Source: a plasmid
NCBI RefSeq assembly: GCF_056712565.1
Contig: NZ_JBWXXM010000004.1
Reading direction: 5' to 3' (one strand)
DNA: 64,000 bases
This document shows positions 1-8,552 of this stretch, piece by piece; the first letter of the stretch is position 1, and each line of letters begins with the position of its first letter. The notes beneath the pieces are model-generated. The model saw only the letters and a program-made list of their open reading frames with translations. It was not told where the DNA came from and ran no database searches. Made by a program: the position numbers and the translations under genes.

Positions 1-156
1 ACGTGCAGCTTCAAGGATAGATGCGGCACGCGCGGCATCATCTTTAATGAATTGGTTATCAGTACCGAACTGCGCAGTGCTTGCCCAGCCAAGCACAGCT
101 TTAGAGCGTTTTGCGATATCTGCAATACGATTCTGGTATTCGCGTAAGTTACTCAA
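1..156 (-). CDS. Late structural (head) protein, first 52 codons only; P1 gene 23 position; continues past the window start
   Basis: Minus-strand frame opens at TTG (154-156) after RBS AAGGAAGAG and reads LSNLREYQNRIADIAKRSKAVLGW.. to the window edge. A late-promoter-like box lies upstream. Confidence 0.5.
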   Translation of the reverse strand, partial: MSNLREYQNRIADIAKRSKAVLGWASTAQFGTDNQFIKDDAARAASILEAAR

Positions 157-219
157 TTTACTCTTCCTTAAACACAAGGCACTTGTGTGAATCCCTTTTC
201 GGAAGAGATTTTATTGAAA

Positions 220-229
220 GTCACTTGTT
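220..229 (-). promoter_or_regulatory. Late-promoter-like box AACAAGTGAC, followed by TAAAAT-like -10
   Basis: Minus strand reads TCAACAAGTGACTTTCAATAAAAT, about 65 nt upstream of the head-gene start. The same box recurs upstream of four other late genes. Confidence 0.45.
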
Positions 230-294
230 GACTTTCTCGTGACAAGCAATTTTTTTATTTTTTTCGGGAGTAGGGGAGGAAGGTAAAATCCAAG

Positions 295-377
295 GTGAAA
301 TCGTGGCGATTTCACCTTGAAATTTTAGATGGATTTACTTTAAAAACAGTTGGTTAATAGTGAAATTTGAATGGCGA
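295..377. other. parS: parS partition site (box A ATTTCAC heptamers, box B TCGCCA hexamers, AT-rich IHF region)
   Basis: Reverse complement reads TCGCCATTCAAATTTCACTATTAAC...AAATTTCAAGGTGAAATCGCCACGATTTCAC. This is nearly the P1 parS sequence as I remember it, and it lies directly downstream of parB. Confidence 0.85.
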
Positions 378-381
378 AAGT

Positions 382-1383
382 TTAAGGCTTCGGCTTTTTA
401 TCGAGGCTCTTTCTAAGGATATGCCCAATCATCCTGTCGAGTTCTTCCTGTAGCTCTTTTGAAAGTCGATTAAACTCATAAGAAAATGCACGGCCTTTCA
501 CGCGCTTCCTTGCAAAGCGATCCTTGTCCTCAAATTTCCATAATTCAGTAACTACGGACTTATCTTTAGAACCTTTATCCGTGAGTAGTGAGGCTTCCTT
601 TGTTATCAAGCGCAGGATTTTATTTTTAACTTCATCTTCGGCCATTTCTTCAATGGATAAGATGTCGTTTATTTCCGGGGATATGTTTTGAATAAGCTGA
701 TCAAACTCTAAATTCTTGTTCCCCATTTCGTCGCCAACAGCACAAAGCGTTTTGTAGTCCGAAAAGGTTAATTCCGACTGCACAGGGAAAAGGGCGACTA
801 ATTCTTCCGGAGCACTCGCTGCCTGGAGAGCACGCGTGACCTTCGCCTGAGACAGCCCTTCTTTGGCTGCAATATCCTTCTGACTCATCCCATCATTTTT
901 CATTCGCATCAAACGCAGACCTATTTCTCGAATGCTGTGCTGCAATGCTGTCTGAACGTCTTTCGCTAAATTTTGCGCTTCCTGAACGCTGATCTCCTGG
1001 TCCGTGACTAAAACCCGCAACCCTACGTTCTCTAAGATGGCAGAAGCTCGACGCCGGGAACCATCCAAAATTTCAATTTTCCCTGTAGCCCGTCTGACAC
1101 CTATTGCAGGGTAAAATTGCTGATGCTTAATAGTGCTTCGGATACTTTTTAATGATTTTGGCGTAAGAGATGCCTGGTCACGCCCGTTGTTATGCTGATC
1201 AACAAAGGTATCGCTTTCTACCTGGTTCGGAGGTATTACCTCTTCAATAAATGTGGCCTGGCGACCAGTTGATAACTTGAATACCTGCTCGACTCGATCG
1301 CCAGAGGCTGAAGAACTATCAAATCCGCTTAATATTGAAGGATTAAGGGTTCGCCCAATTGTTGGTCTGTTTTTCTTTGACAT
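382..1383 (-). CDS. parB: Partition protein ParB (centromere-binding)
   Basis: 333 aa, the P1 ParB length. Adjacent to parS and translationally close to parA. Contains a ParB/Spo0J-like GSRRRASAI box. Confidence 0.9.
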   Translation of the reverse strand: MSKKNRPTIGRTLNPSILSGFDSSSASGDRVEQVFKLSTGRQATFIEEVIPPNQVESDTFVDQHNNGRDQASLTPKSLKSIRSTIKHQQFYPAIGVRRATGKIEILDGSRRRASAILENVGLRVLVTDQEISVQEAQNLAKDVQTALQHSIREIGLRLMRMKNDGMSQKDIAAKEGLSQAKVTRALQAASAPEELVALFPVQSELTFSDYKTLCAVGDEMGNKNLEFDQLIQNISPEINDILSIEEMAEDEVKNKILRLITKEASLLTDKGSKDKSVVTELWKFEDKDRFARKRVKGRAFSYEFNRLSKELQEELDRMIGHILRKSLDKKPKP

Positions 1384-1399
1384 GGGGGTTTCTTACTCC

Positions 1400-2596
1400 T
1401 CAGTTAGATCTGATAAATTCAATACGGTCAAAAACTGCTTTAGCAAAATCTTCCGCAGCAATTCGCGCGTTCTTCAATGCATCAGCACTACCAACATACG
1501 TTGCCGGGTTAGCTGAAATAACAGTGTCAAAAGACTCGCCGCAGCGTTCAAAACCGTCAAGGCGAGGGAGGACAACATCAAGCATATCCCCACCGAACAC
1601 TTCTTTAGCCAGGCTATGGCAATACTTATGGTCTGCCTTGTTACTCAACTTGGACATAAATCCAATGTTAGTTGCAAGCTGACACTCGCAGCCTTCATCC
1701 GAAATGAGTTTCACCAACTCAGGAAGGCGGGCAACGTATTTAAGCGATGAGTGGAAATCAACCGTTGCAGGCGGCAGAGGTGTAAACAGTATATTGGCCG
1801 AGGCCAAAGCATTTTTCAGGAAGGCGTCAAGGTGAGGACCACTATCAACGAGGATAAAGTCATAATCGCTCTTCAGCTTATCAATCACATTTTCTTTCAG
1901 GACTGCATGGATGTTCTGACCCGGTAGATGCTCATTGCACAGCTCTCTCCAATCGGATGCAATAAAGGCATCGTCAATCGACGCAGGCATAACGTCAACC
2001 CCAGGTACAACAGAAGGAACAATAAACTCCTCTAACAGCTCTTCACGGCTTACATTCTGCAACATAGCCTGTGCAGATGTTGCGTTTACGATACCAATAG
2101 AGTGTTTATGGCTTAAAAACATCGTTGCTGAAGATTGCGGATCAAGGTCAATAACCAGAATCCTTAAATCTTCCATCAGAAGATGAGGATGAGCACGCAT
2201 TGCATGCGCCAGAGAAACCGTCGATACAGTTTTTGACACACCGCCTTTAAGATTGGAGATGAAAATCACATACGCTTCGCTGTAGCGATCCCGGTATTTT
2301 GGCACTCCGCGATGTTCATATATGTCAATGATGTTCTGAATTGACATCGCATATTTCATTGAAGAGCCAGCAGGGCGTTTATCGAAAACATAACCCTTTT
2401 CTTCCATTTCACTTACGGCATAGTCAACGTTCGCACGAGTCAGTAGAGGCAATTTTGCCAGTGCCGCTTTCGCATAGACCTGGTAAAACTCGTTCGCGTG
2501 TAGCTCATCCTTTTGCAACTGTACTTGTTCAGTCAGAACATTGAGCATTCTATTTGCTCTTTGAGCAACCTTGTGAAGCTGGCTGGAATCACTCAT
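1400..2596 (-). CDS. parA: Partition ATPase ParA (type Ia Walker-type)
   Basis: 398 aa with deviant Walker A NLKGGVSKT and an N-terminal HTH extension, upstream of parB. Confidence 0.9.
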   Translation of the reverse strand: MSDSSQLHKVAQRANRMLNVLTEQVQLQKDELHANEFYQVYAKAALAKLPLLTRANVDYAVSEMEEKGYVFDKRPAGSSMKYAMSIQNIIDIYEHRGVPKYRDRYSEAYVIFISNLKGGVSKTVSTVSLAHAMRAHPHLLMEDLRILVIDLDPQSSATMFLSHKHSIGIVNATSAQAMLQNVSREELLEEFIVPSVVPGVDVMPASIDDAFIASDWRELCNEHLPGQNIHAVLKENVIDKLKSDYDFILVDSGPHLDAFLKNALASANILFTPLPPATVDFHSSLKYVARLPELVKLISDEGCECQLATNIGFMSKLSNKADHKYCHSLAKEVFGGDMLDVVLPRLDGFERCGESFDTVISANPATYVGSADALKNARIAAEDFAKAVFDRIEFIRSN

Positions 2597-2608
2597 CGAA
2601 AGTCATCC

Positions 2609-2650
2609 TTTATGCTGTATTTTTGAATTTAATTAAAAATGCTGCATAAA
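2609..2650. promoter_or_regulatory. par promoter/operator imperfect inverted repeat
   Basis: TTTATGCTGTATTTTT..AAAAATGCTGCATAAA palindrome immediately upstream of the parA start, as in the P1 parOP. Confidence 0.6.
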
Positions 2651-2736
2651 ATAATAATGTATGCGTAGATGCTTGTACATAGCATTCTCTGCATGTTTGG
2701 TTCATTTTGCACGATTGAGAGTTACAAGGAGGGCAC

Positions 2737-2757
2737 AAAAAAGCCCCGTTCAGGGGC
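2737..2757 (-). terminator. Intrinsic terminator of the T5orf172-like gene
   Basis: Minus strand shows GCCCC-TGAAC-GGGGC followed by T6, starting 8 nt after the stop codon. Confidence 0.7.
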
Positions 2758-2764
2758 ATCAGTG

Positions 2765-3574
2765 TTATTTGCTAAGAGCAGCGAATAATCGTTCGAAATC
2801 GATAGTATCTATAGCACGCGTAAGCGCCGGAAGTTCAGCCTCAAAGTACCCGTGTCGATCGTAAAAGAAGGGACCGAAGAGCGAGGCATGTTGGATTCTA
2901 CTTCGCCCCAGCCCGGACACACAGTTAAGCCCATTACCGGCTAAAAGGCTAAAAAACTTCTCTGGATTATCGTGGTAAAGCTGGGAATCAATGGTGGCGG
3001 TTAACTCTTCCATAGGGAAGCACACCCGCCCTGTATCCCAGGGATATTTAGTCCGAAGCATAAACATTGCTTTCAGCAATTCACATTGAGCGCGGATCGC
3101 GTCCGGTTCATAGCCAGATATGGAGACATAAGCCACGTCCCTCATTCCTGCGTCATCTTTGAAAGTCACGATAGAAGTAACATCCAGCTCTTTTTCGAAA
3201 GAGCAAGCAGCATCTACTGGACGCTGAAGTAAATCATTCGACTTAATGCGCTCGAGAATCCCTCCCCACATATCATTTAGATATTCGATATGAGCCAAAA
3301 CCTTATCAAGACACTCTCGTGTAAACCATTCAGTATGCCCGCCACCGACGCTTTTCTCCCACGGCGCATTCCAGGGGAAAAAGGTTGCGTGTAAAGCCCG
3401 CTCAAGATTAACCATTGCCAAACGCGTACCACGATAGACCCGTGAAAGCGCAAAATCGGGACTCACTTGTAGTCCTTTAAACCGTGCCAATGGACCACAT
3501 GAAATGCCGATTTTAAAAGTATCTCCGTTCTCTGGCACCAGAACGTAGAGGTAGTGTTGTTTCTCTTCTTGCAT
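2765..3574 (-). CDS. T5orf172 / GIY-YIG-like domain protein with an uncharacterised C-terminal half
   Basis: The N-terminus YLYVLVPENGDTFKIGIS..RFKGL..LERALHATF..HTEWF fits the T5orf172 (MUG113) pattern. The gene has its own terminator. From memory, P1 has no gene at this position. Confidence 0.6.
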   Translation of the reverse strand: MQEEKQHYLYVLVPENGDTFKIGISCGPLARFKGLQVSPDFALSRVYRGTRLAMVNLERALHATFFPWNAPWEKSVGGGHTEWFTRECLDKVLAHIEYLNDMWGGILERIKSNDLLQRPVDAACSFEKELDVTSIVTFKDDAGMRDVAYVSISGYEPDAIRAQCELLKAMFMLRTKYPWDTGRVCFPMEELTATIDSQLYHDNPEKFFSLLAGNGLNCVSGLGRSRIQHASLFGPFFYDRHGYFEAELPALTRAIDTIDFERLFAALSK

Positions 3575-3604
3575 ATCAATACCACTGCTTGATGAGAACC
3601 GCGC

Positions 3605-3865
3605 AAATGTTGACTATGCGCGAAGGTTAATGTGAATAGTTGACTATGCGCGATGTGACTACAGTCAAAAGTTGACTGTAGTCGATTTAACTCCACCAAA
3701 GATCGACTATGTAAGATATTGTCGGGAGAAACGTTGACTATACGCGATGAAATGCCCCTAAAAGCCATCTCAATAGCGACTTGCAGAATATTGACGCCAG
3801 CAAAAATCCACCAGCGTCAACGAATGTCGCCTATAGTCAACTTCTCGCTATCGCATATAGTCAAT
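3605..3865. repeat. incA-like copy-control iteron array (about 9 copies in both orientations)
   Basis: Repeated GTTGACTAT(G/A)CGCGA-type 15-mers and degenerate copies lie downstream of repA. Confidence 0.75.
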
Positions 3866-3866
3866 A

Positions 3867-4751
3867 TTATGGATTGCGCTTATGGATCTGGAAGCCGATT
3901 TTCCTGCCGTTTTTTATCTCTGAAAATTTAAGATATTCAATAGCTTCCAAATCTTTCATGGCTTTTCTGATAACGCTATTTTGCACGCTAACGGATGATT
4001 TGAGATTAAGCCTCGCTCTAAGGCGCTCAATGCTGACAGGTGCCGGGTTGGCGGGTAGAGCCTCAAAGAATGTATACAGTACCTTGGCCGTCTCTTTGCG
4101 CCCTAGTTTATCCAGCATCTTCAGCTTCAGGATTCGCTTATAGTCAACATAGTAAAGTTCAGATAGCTGTTTCTGCGGCTGGATCTCGATAACATCAAGC
4201 TCGGTATTCAGGCTGCTATATGCCAACAAGTTGACGTTAATGTTATTGAGATGACCTTTTGCCGCCGGGAAGCGGAATTTGACAACTGTCTGCTGAATGC
4301 GTGTCAGAGAGTCATCAATACTTTTACGGAACGCCTTTGAAAGGCGCTTACGTGGATAGCCGCATCGATCGGCAAACTCGGAGAATGGCAGGGTGATTAT
4401 GCCGTCATCATCAGGTGCGTAGTCAAACAACGCGGAAGTTATGCCCACCCACACCTTAAAATCAGTATCCATATCCAGGCGTGGACCATGAATTTCAATT
4501 CCCTCATAGCCTTCCTGCTCAACAATTTTGAGGCTTGATAGTTCTTCAGTTGCGTTCGTTGTGTTTGTTGTAACTGACGATCCGCGACGTAGCGCCACAT
4601 TGGTAGATTTTAAGGTTGGCACAAACACACCTAAGCGCAACAAAGCGATGGGTTGTATAGTGCTGTTGTTATTGGGCTTCAGGCTGTGGATTTCTCCTGT
4701 ATTTCCTGCAACTTCTTCAACGCTAAGGAAGCCTTTACTTTCTTCCGGCAT
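3867..4751 (-). CDS. repA: Iteron-binding replication initiator RepA (Rep_3/RepFIB-like; not the P1 IncY RepA sequence)
   Basis: Flanked by iteron arrays on both sides. ATG at 4751 follows RBS GGAGA; the ORF track extends to a TTG at 4787. The C-terminal winged-helix-like region is typical of iteron initiators. Confidence 0.8.
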   Translation of the reverse strand: MPEESKGFLSVEEVAGNTGEIHSLKPNNNSTIQPIALLRLGVFVPTLKSTNVALRRGSSVTTNTTNATEELSSLKIVEQEGYEGIEIHGPRLDMDTDFKVWVGITSALFDYAPDDDGIITLPFSEFADRCGYPRKRLSKAFRKSIDDSLTRIQQTVVKFRFPAAKGHLNNINVNLLAYSSLNTELDVIEIQPQKQLSELYYVDYKRILKLKMLDKLGRKETAKVLYTFFEALPANPAPVSIERLRARLNLKSSVSVQNSVIRKAMKDLEAIEYLKFSEIKNGRKIGFQIHKRNP

Positions 4752-4832
4752 CACGGTTTCTCCATGTGTGGCGCGGCCTGACGTCAATTTGGATGGCTGT
4801 TATCAACAGCTGTGAATATTCAGACTCTAAAA

Positions 4833-4932
4833 TCGCTTACAGTCAATGTTTCTGTCGCGTATAGTCAACAATAAATCGCGTGCAGTCAACAATAAATCGT
4901 GCACAGTCAACATAAAATCGCGTATAGTCAAT
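4833..4932. repeat. Origin iterons (5 direct copies, spaced about 21 bp)
   Basis: TCGCTTACAGTCAAT, TCGCGTATAGTCAAC, TCGCGTGCAGTCAAC, TCGTGCACAGTCAAC and TCGCGTATAGTCAAT, directly upstream of repA. Confidence 0.85.
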
Positions 4933-5043
4933 GTTGATCCCATTTCAGGCCAGTAATGACGCGGCTTACAGCGATCCGGGATCTTCTTTGGATCTTCCTA
5001 GGTTCTCTTTAGGATCTGTTTATTGGATCTATGCTGTGGATAA
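4933..5043. other. oriR-like GATC-rich unwinding region plus DnaA box
   Basis: Six to seven GATC sites within about 90 bp, then TGTGGATAA (reverse complement TTATCCACA) at 5035-5043. This is the same layout as P1 oriR. Confidence 0.75.
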
Positions 5044-5086
5044 GTTGAATAAACCGGCCAACAAAGCCGGTTGGAAGGAAGTCATA

Positions 5087-5479
5087 TTATTCTACGCTTT
5101 CGATAAGAAGACCATGTTCATAACATTTAAGCTCATCGCCTTCATACAGGAATTGGTATCCAATACCACCATTTTCATGGACATTAGGGAATAACTCATA
5201 ACTCACTGAAGAGCAAATCACACCAATGCAGCGATCAACGCCTTCTCGTTCTTCAGTGCTGAAAAAATCCTCTTCGGTAAGAACATGAGTACATTGCTCA
5301 TCAGCATAGGTCGGAAATACATGCTCGATGCAATCCGGGTGTTTTAAACCAAGCTGATCGGCAAGCTCGAAAGCATGACGGTATTGTTCAGATCCTGGCT
5401 TGCCAACAGTGATGTGCTCAATTTTGTAGATTGAAGTCGCTTTGTTGATAGTTTGCTTTACTGTTACTTTATCAGACAT
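5087..5479 (-). CDS. Hypothetical protein (P1 upfA position)
   Basis: 130-aa ORF with coding-like composition, first gene after the origin. Confidence 0.6.
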   Translation of the reverse strand: MSDKVTVKQTINKATSIYKIEHITVGKPGSEQYRHAFELADQLGLKHPDCIEHVFPTYADEQCTHVLTEEDFFSTEEREGVDRCIGVICSSVSYELFPNVHENGGIGYQFLYEGDELKCYEHGLLIESVE

Positions 5480-5490
5480 AAAAATCCCTT

Positions 5491-5823
5491 TTAGTTACCG
5501 CTGATAGCGCGGTTGTAATCATTAACGTTGCGATTCTTCCTGTTAATCCCCATCAGCATCGTTTCTGTATCGAGGATATACGCTGGCAGATCATCAAAAT
5601 ATTCACTGCTAAACTCTGGCATTCTGCACATAAATGCACTTTTGGGGGCAGGGTGGTTAACCTTTGTCGGCGTCGGCGTTAAATTCGCTGATCGACTCCC
5701 GGAGCAACCGCTGAGTGTCAGCAGGAATGCGCTGGCGAACATTACCCGCCGCAACCAGTTGTTTCTGAACTTCAGCTTTTCGTTCCATTTGCCTGTCAGC
5801 ATATTTGGCTTGTTCTGATTCAT
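5491..5823 (-). CDS. mlp: Small lipoprotein precursor
   Basis: Lipobox FLLTLSGC after a hydrophobic h-region. The start is ambiguous (Met at 5823, 5802 or 5742). The position matches P1 mlp. Confidence 0.6.
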   Translation of the reverse strand: MNQNKPNMLTGKWNEKLKFRNNWLRRVMFASAFLLTLSGCSGSRSANLTPTPTKVNHPAPKSAFMCRMPEFSSEYFDDLPAYILDTETMLMGINRKNRNVNDYNRAISGN

Positions 5824-6079
5824 TTTTCACTTCCTGGCTGTGAAAATGTTGCTCTGCTTTGTTCATCGTCTCAATGGTCTGGTTAAGATCCATTATTGAC
5901 TTATCACGTTCCTTAACAGCCTGATCAAGACTGCCAATTTTCTCCATGGCTTGCTTTAGCTGATGACGTTCCCATGCAAACCCAGCACCAACAAGTGCGC
6001 AAATCAGAACAAGAACACCAGTAGCAGCAAGTTTCTCCTTCAAAGACAAAGCTGTTTTTAACGTAGAAAAGAATGACAT
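5657..6079 (-). CDS. N-terminally membrane-anchored coiled-coil protein (P1 ppfA position)
   Basis: ATG at 6079 follows RBS AGGAGGAAG. There is one TM segment (GVLVLICALVGAGFAW), and the rest is charged and helical. Confidence 0.6.
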   Translation of the reverse strand: MSFFSTLKTALSLKEKLAATGVLVLICALVGAGFAWERHQLKQAMEKIGSLDQAVKERDKSIMDLNQTIETMNKAEQHFHSQEVKNESEQAKYADRQMERKAEVQKQLVAAGNVRQRIPADTQRLLRESISEFNADADKG

Positions 6080-6118
6080 GTCTTCCTCCTGAAGAAAAAT
6101 TATCAATGAAGTCCTTTG

Positions 6119-6907
6119 TTACTGTGCCGCTTTGTTTAATTCATCAAGAACAGAATCAGGAACCAAAGCGGCAACTGCGCTGGCTGTGCTGGCCTTATTT
6201 GCTGATGCTTCCGCAAGCGCGGTACCGATAGCATGGTTATAAGCAGTTATGGCTACGTTGGCGCTTTCATTCGCTCGTTCATACTGCTGTTGTAACGCAG
6301 TTGTGGGCGCTGTTGTCTGGTTGAAAACAACCCCAAACTGTTCAGTTGCTACTTTCAGAGATTCAATTTGCTCTTCTGTTAGTGCTGGTGGGGGAGTGGC
6401 AGTGCCGCCGCCTGAACCAGAGCCTGACGAGCTTCCTGAGCCAGTGTTAAGGGTCTGGTTAATCTCCCCCATTGCAGCGACTAAACTTGATGTATTAAGC
6501 GCGTTAACAGCGTCCTCAAGCGATTTAGTAATATTCACATCACCAATGGCAATAGAGATCGGCAGTTCTGAAACTTCTCGCTCATTAGCACGGCAGTAAA
6601 CATCCCAACCAATATCGAGTTGAAGCAGCATTGACAGATCTGCATAACCAGCCAACAGGTCCGCGTGCTTAGTTGCCAGTTCTCCAATGTTCGTTAAGCC
6701 GGTTGTGGTTGTTCTGATCGTTGAAACATAGCTGGTAATAGTGTCGGGATAGACAATTGTATCCAGAATTAATCCGGTCAATTCTTCTGCAAGCAGTTTT
6801 GCTGTGTTAGCACTGTTTCGTGCCGATGTTATGGCACCAGGTGTTTTCATCCCACCGGCGGCGGCCAATTTTTTATATGCGGATAACTGGTAGTCTTTTT
6901 CCAGCAT
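6119..6907 (-). CDS. Hypothetical protein with internal Gly/Ser linker (P1 upfB position)
   Basis: ATG at 6907 follows RBS AGGAG. Contains a GSGSSSGSGSGGG tract. Confidence 0.55.
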   Translation of the reverse strand: MLEKDYQLSAYKKLAAAGGMKTPGAITSARNSANTAKLLAEELTGLILDTIVYPDTITSYVSTIRTTTTGLTNIGELATKHADLLAGYADLSMLLQLDIGWDVYCRANEREVSELPISIAIGDVNITKSLEDAVNALNTSSLVAAMGEINQTLNTGSGSSSGSGSGGGTATPPPALTEEQIESLKVATEQFGVVFNQTTAPTTALQQQYERANESANVAITAYNHAIGTALAEASANKASTASAVAALVPDSVLDELNKAAQ

Positions 6908-6915
6908 GATATCTC

Positions 6916-7200
6916 CTAACTTACCTGAACCAGGCCGTCTCCGGACGCTACGGTAGATCCGCATGAAACAGGGTCACCAACGCATACGATCCCTTTACCA
7001 TTGACGGTAAACCATGCCCTGGTTGATATAGCTTGCCCACCGTGCGTACTGTTTCCATCGGTATGCTGTGCATATTGCTTACCATCAACTAACACTTCGA
7101 CTCCGTTGACTTTAAGTAGTGGTTCACTCTCTACAGGAGGCCTGGATGGGAATCCTCCGTGCCCCGAACAAATGCTGTCTTTTGTTGCAATACTTGCCAC
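6916..7200 (-). CDS. PAAR-like spike-tip protein (P1 upfC position)
   Basis: 94 aa with repeated HGG..VNG..V..GD and GDPVSCG..VASG motifs typical of PAAR-repeat cones. Confidence 0.55.
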   Translation of the reverse strand: MASIATKDSICSGHGGFPSRPPVESEPLLKVNGVEVLVDGKQYAQHTDGNSTHGGQAISTRAWFTVNGKGIVCVGDPVSCGSTVASGDGLVQVS

Positions 7201-7281
7201 GCCATCACCAATTATTTGCTCTGATTTTCGTTATTTTAACTTAGGTTATTTGTGGTCTGTATGGCGTTTACTTATTACAAA

Positions 7282-7298
7282 ATTGCTCTAATAAATAT
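7282..7298 (+). promoter_or_regulatory. C1 operator
   Basis: ATTGCTCTAATAAATAT against the consensus ATTGCTCTAATAAATTT. Confidence 0.7.
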
Positions 7299-7369
7299 TG
7301 TTTTTTATGTCGTATTTTCGGTACCATTCAGCCATCGCCCTTCAATGGGCATTTGTTTGGAGTCGTCAG

Positions 7370-7654
7370 ATGCAGATGGAGCTAATAAGCCGCAAGGAGT
7401 TCGATAGCCGTGTAACCAGCGGTGAACTCGACAACTTGCAGGCTATCAAGGTGAAAGAAGGCTTTTGCCTCATTGGGAATCAGAGCGGAACAAATCGCGT
7501 TTTTATGCTTCGCCGTACGGATTTGAAGCCATTTGTCTGGAAGAACGAAATTGGTCCCAGCTCATACGCTCAAACGAGGGGGTGCCACAACCTGGCCTTT
7601 TTCTACAAAGACGAGCTTTCTGTGGTTGATATTCAAGGGTTACAACATGTTTAA
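7370..7654 (+). CDS. Hypothetical protein upstream of hrdC (P1 uhr position)
   Basis: ATG at 7370 follows GGAG. The stop overlaps the hrdC start. Confidence 0.5.
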   Translation: MQMELISRKEFDSRVTSGELDNLQAIKVKEGFCLIGNQSGTNRVFMLRRTDLKPFVWKNEIGPSSYAQTRGCHNLAFFYKDELSVVDIQGLQHV

Positions 7655-8552
7655 GCACTGGAAAAACATTACTATTTATAAACTTTCTCGTGAGGCGGAT
7701 CTGACCGACTTAGAAGATAAAAAGAAAATGATCCTTTTCACGCCATGCGGTAGTCAGGATATGGCCAAGTTCGGTTTTGTATCGCCATTTGGTGATAATT
7801 CCGAAGTTATCGCTATGCATGGAAATGGTTTTATCCTTGTTGAAGCAAAGCGCGAAACAAAAATTCTTCCCCCGCCGGTTATCCAGCGAGCTATTCAAGA
7901 AAAAATTGAAAAACTTGAGCAAGAACAAGCGCGTAAACTGAAGAAAACAGAGAAGGACTCCCTGAAAGACGAAGTTCTGCATTCTCTTCTGCCACGGGCT
8001 TTTTCAAAGTTTTCTGTTATCCAGGCGATCTACGACGGTTCAACTAAACGTATCTATATCAATGCCAGCGCGCGGCAGGCAGAGGATATGCTCGCGCTTA
8101 TGCGTAAGTCTCTTGGTTCTCTTCCTGTTGTTCCCCTGAGTGTTGAAAATCCCATTGAATTAACGCTGACCGACTGGGTACGTGATGGTAGTGCTCCACA
8201 GGGATTTCAAATGGGGGATGCGGCAGAACTTAAGGCAGTGCTTGAGGATGGCGGTATTGCCCGAGTGAAAAAGCAGGATTTGGGAAGCGATGAAATTTCC
8301 ACACACCTGGAAGCTGGCAAGCTCGTCACTAAGTTGGCACTCGACTGGCAGAACCGCATTAAATTTACACTGGACCATAACTTCAGCCTTACCAGCGTCA
8401 AATTTGCGGATGAATTGCTTGAGCAGAACTCTGATATTGATAGTGAAGATGTTGCGCAGCGACTGGACGCAGATTTCTTCCTGTTAACCAGTGAAATTTC
8501 GTGCCTGGTTGATGCTCTGGTAAATGCCCTTGGTGGAGAGGCTAAGCAGTGA
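7647..8552 (+). CDS. hrdC: RdgC-homologue recombination-associated protein
   Basis: [13 protein letters not shown].. aligns by eye with E. coli RdgC along its whole length ([45 protein letters not shown]). Confidence 0.9.
   Translation: MFKHWKNITIYKLSREADLTDLEDKKKMILFTPCGSQDMAKFGFVSPFGDNSEVIAMHGNGFILVEAKRETKILPPPVIQRAIQEKIEKLEQEQARKLKKTEKDSLKDEVLHSLLPRAFSKFSVIQAIYDGSTKRIYINASARQAEDMLALMRKSLGSLPVVPLSVENPIELTLTDWVRDGSAPQGFQMGDAAELKAVLEDGGIARVKKQDLGSDEISTHLEAGKLVTKLALDWQNRIKFTLDHNFSLTSVKFADELLEQNSDIDSEDVAQRLDADFFLLTSEISCLVDALVNALGGEAKQ

Noticed and set aside
1253-2544. Plus-strand ORFs (1253-1516, 1359-1682, 1935-2186, 2341-2544) overlapping parB and parA
   Set aside because: They are antisense to two well-supported partition genes and have no start context or recognisable motifs.
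6330-6440. Gly/Ser-rich tract (GSGSSSGSGSGGG) as a possible DNA tandem repeat or contingency locus
   Set aside because: The nucleotide sequence is not a perfect short tandem repeat. It reads as an ordinary flexible linker within a continuous ORF.
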